A stretch of DNA of 64,000 bases from positions 2,170,001 to 2,234,000 of the forward strand of contig JBLDXI010000032.1 in assembly GCA_047495785.1 (NCBI GenBank), read 5' to 3'. Within the stretch, counting starts at the first letter, position 1. Every line of letters starts with the position of its first letter. Of the stretch, positions 60,585 through 64,000 are shown one piece after another. Source of the stretch: Lepidodermella squamata. Lineage: Eukaryota > Animalia > Gastrotricha. A program made the translations under genes and the position numbers. Below the pieces are notes generated by a model that was not told where the DNA came from, did no database searches, and saw only the letters and a program-made list of their open reading frames with translations.

Positions 60585-62251
60585 ATGCAGCTTTTCGCTG
60601 CACTGAAGATTTCAACGCTTTTGCTGTTATATTTCGTAACAGATATCTATGCCATCTTTCGGTATTCGAGGCTATCTGACTCGAATTGGCAGACTAGCCC
60701 GATCGTTTACAAATTCGATTCGAGTAAAATTGAAATATTTATTTTATATTCGTGATGATTTCAGTATAAATTTTTAAGGTGTTACATCCGATGTGAAGAC
60801 CTTGGTAACGAACATCTTGCAATCGCAATTCTCAAGTAATGTACCCGGGCTAAAATTTTCGTTGGATCAAGACCAAGCCACTCCCGATATGTTGTTTACC
60901 GTCGATACTTCATCATCTCTAACTTTGTAATGAAAAAAAATACTTTTGAAATTGTGGTTATTTACTATTTTATTAGCTGTGAGGACCAAAATCTGCAAGT
61001 GGGTCAAAGCGCATCAGGATCCACGACAATCAAGATTGTTCGGAATAGCAAGATAAATTGTGCTACAACTGGCTGGATAATGCATTTAGTCTGGCGAATC
61101 GATTTCGGTTATATAAAAACTTAGAGCTAATATTTTCCCGTTTTAGGTAATGCATGCTTTCGGGTTCTTGCACGAACATCAGCGACCTGATTCAGCCTCA
61201 AAGATTTACATCAACACCAATAATATGGATTCTGCCTATGCTGGAGCTGCATTTCGAAGTTTGTTAACAATTTTTTTCTGAAAATGATTGAAAATTCCTT
61301 CGATTTCAGATGCATTGGTAAATTCTCGTTACGACGGCTCGACCGACAGCACCAACTACGACTATATGTCTGTAATGCATTATCACTACAACGCATTGGC
61401 GAAGGATGCTAGCTCGCGAACTTTCTTAGCTATACCTCCAGATTCCATCAGCATCCGATCTTACGGCCACGCCACGAACCCAGAGGTGACAAACTCCGTT
61501 TTATCAACCGGCGACATCGAGGCCCTTCAATCGATGTTCCCAGGTGACGATCCTGCTCGTAAGTTAATTTTTATATAAATCCACCTTAAAAAATGCTTCC
61601 ATTTTTTTAAAGCGATTACTGGCACTTGTCAGAATGGTGGAACTTTCTATAATTATTGCGCATGTAAACCTGGCTATTCCGGGCGGTATTGCGAGGTTTC
61701 CGGGGACTGCTACAATTCATGTGATAACGGTGGGCGATGCGTGATCGGTACCTCAGGGTATCCAAAATGTTCCAGCTGCAACAATGGCGCAAGTGGAAAT
61801 TATTGCGAATTGGGTACCTATTCGTCCTCTTTTTCGTTTATATTTTTTATAATTTTTTTATTCAGGTCAAGATTGGGTGACTGCAACGCCCTGGTGTAAT
61901 TCTTGTCCTTGGTGGAGCAAGTGCTCGTCTTCTGGGTGTATCTGCACACCCTATGCTTATACCGGCCAAACTTGCGGGGCGCCATACGTCGCGCCAACAA
62001 CAACGAAATCAGCTCCCACTACGACAACTACAACGACTACAACGACTACGACAGCTGCGACAACTTCAACGCAATCCGCGACGACCAGAGTTTTGGATCG
62101 AGTTGTTTCCACTCCGGCCTCGTGGAGCGCTAGTAACAGTAATAATTTGATAATTGCAGCTGCTGTCGAACGGAAATCTTCCGAGCCGGTGATAGCCCTT
62201 ATGATTGCAACCGCCACTATTTGTCGACTGTTATGGAATAAGATCGCTTGA
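60585..62251 (+). CDS. Astacin-like domain + 3 EGF + Thr-rich stalk + hydrophobic tail; catalytic Glu replaced
   Basis: Exons approx. 60585-60723, 60779-60926, 60977-61088, 61147-61258, 61309-61558, 61613-61813, 61866-62251. Signal peptide, W...PIVYKFD, HLVMHAFGFLHEHQRPD, YDYMSVMHY, LSTGDIEALQSMF, CQNGG..CACKPGYSGRYC, poly-Thr. Confidence 0.85.
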
Positions 62252-63047
62252 TTTTCTGCATGACGCTGAATTGAATTCTTCTCAAACAAGCTATTCAAGA
62301 TAATTATAATTTTTTCAACTACTTTTTAGAAATATTGCACCGCTTTTTCACAATTTTTGGCTTTGGTTGCTTTTTTTACATTAAAAGGTTGAGGGCTGTT
62401 ATTTAATTAGTTAAATTGATTGATATTACTATCTACAGCGCAGCCACTTTATACGAAGGTAAAAAAATCGCAAAATACAACAACAATTTCCCTCATTGAA
62501 AAAAATTGGTCGACCAATATTTTTATCCCGAAATTTAAAAATTGAATAAAAATTAAGCCTAGGGTTTGATAATTTTACTGCTAATTTTACTCGATTTATT
62601 GTCTTCAAGTACAAATTGGCGGCGCTTTAGTATATTACGAACGGCTAATAAAACATTTTTATTCGGTTTTCAGTTTTTTTGGAATTATCAGCCAACATAG
62701 CCATTATCATCAAAAGTGGTAACAAAACATTTCTCAATTTTAGCGAAATCAATATTTTCAAAACCGGCCCCATTAAAGCACGGTTCCGCGTTTATAGTAT
62801 TAGTTACAGGCTTATATATCCGGCCTCCACCTTAATATTACGAGCCCGCGATGAGTCATGTGCAACGCACTTTCGTCGCTTCAGGCCGAGAAGTGCGCGC
62901 GCAAGTAAATTTATTAATATTATTATCACTCTACACACCGTCGCATAACACCTTTGTAATATAATAAAAATGCGCTGTACTCACTCTGCTGCCTATGCGT
63001 ATACTATTTATCCACATTATACAAGCCAGGCATGCTGCCGTGCGCCG

Positions 63048-63240
63048 ACGATGATGATGATGCACGTTATTTGTGTTGTTGTCGTGTCTCGTCGTCGTCG
63101 TCGGTCGTTGTGTCGCTAGCCGGCTATATTCGCATATAGCCGCGTCGTAAAGGCTCGTCCTGTTGTGCGCATGCTTTGTATACCTGCCTGCCTATGCTTT
63201 TCACTACTACGAAATGTTTATGTGTGTGTGCGCGCGCACA
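63048..63240. repeat. Short microsatellites (GAT)n, (GTC)n, (GT)n
   Basis: Visible directly at ~63050-63062, 63089-63103 and 63221-63230. Confidence 0.6.
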
Positions 63241-64000
63241 TGGACATACTATATTCAATTCTGCCCTACCTTCTACCTACACATATACGGCAGCGCTTGT
63301 GATTCACAATGAACCTCAGCCAAAATGCAGCCTAGTAGTACCGAACTTTGCATGTGTTGAACCGCGTTAAATTCAAGGCCAAACTTTTTAATTCAAAATA
63401 AGCCTCGATATCTATTGCTTGCGACAATTTTAATCTCTGTTATCTCTATATCATTTGGGCAATAAATTTCTGCGAAATTCTGGCCTTATCGCTGGCCGAG
63501 GGAGTTGATTAGGCCTGCGTTAATAAGTTGCGCAATCGATTTAGCAAAAATGTCACCTTAATAAAAATTAGGCGCGTTGCGCAACACCAAATTAGCATAT
63601 ATCAGCTAGAAACGAACATTCAATCATGTTTAGATCTTAATATATTTTAGCCAGATATTATTACCTACTCTCTGGTAATATTACAGATGTTTGTGCAATT
63701 ATTCTACTGAGGCATTTGGCAAAATTTGCATATAAAATAGCAAGTCATTCAAGCGTATTTACGGATTGCGAGTTTTAGCAACCGGGAAGCGCATAAACAC
63801 CAGCCACAACGATTAATTTCAAAATAAATGGCCCACATTCGCATTATGACTTGCGCCCACCTTAAAATTTAGAAATTTTCATGTTTTTTTCTTGAATTTA
63901 TAGGGACACAAAGGCGAGCAATATAATTTAAATACTCTCACCACATTCATTCGACAAAGGTTGTGATTAGCATTGTCGACATGGGTTTCTACGACGTCAG

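Noticed and set aside
1-64000. tRNA or rRNA genes, prokaryotic operons or contamination
   Set aside because: None recognisable by eye. Nearly all genes, including the bacterial-like amidase, have spliceosomal introns and sit among animal-type genes and transposons.

Overview
Compact, gene-dense animal (invertebrate, probably spiralian; inference) genomic DNA with many short (~45-60 nt) spliceosomal introns, so the ORF track shows exon fragments. From left to right: (1) a multi-exon minus-strand astacin-EGF-CUB-kringle gene running off the left edge, with its catalytic motifs lost and a novel Cys-rich C-terminal repeat; (2) two members of an unrecognised Cys-rich type II membrane protein family (a third is at 35.4 kb); (3) a tandem array A1-B1-A'(pseudogene)-B2-A2, where A is a temptin + copper type II (DBH-like) monooxygenase and B is a secreted (LamG-like + EGF)x2 protein, with the middle A copy wrecked by nested Mutator-like, MITE and LINE insertions; (4) a RING-B-box-coiled-coil-ankyrin (TRIM-like) gene with transposons in its introns; (5) a secreted Tae2/Dae2-like (BPSL0067-type) amidase homologue with an intron; (6) five divergent Cys-loop receptor subunit genes lacking the acetylcholine-binding signature, with a secreted stefin/cystatin-like gene inside the cluster and a GPI-type Ly6/three-finger gene beside it; (7) a second astacin-EGF gene with its catalytic Glu replaced. 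The best candidate for an undescribed system is the Cys-loop cluster with its adjacent Ly6 gene, a possible chemoreceptor module. The Dae2-like gene and the pseudo-astacins are next. All exon structures and family calls were made by eye from motifs; no database searches were run.
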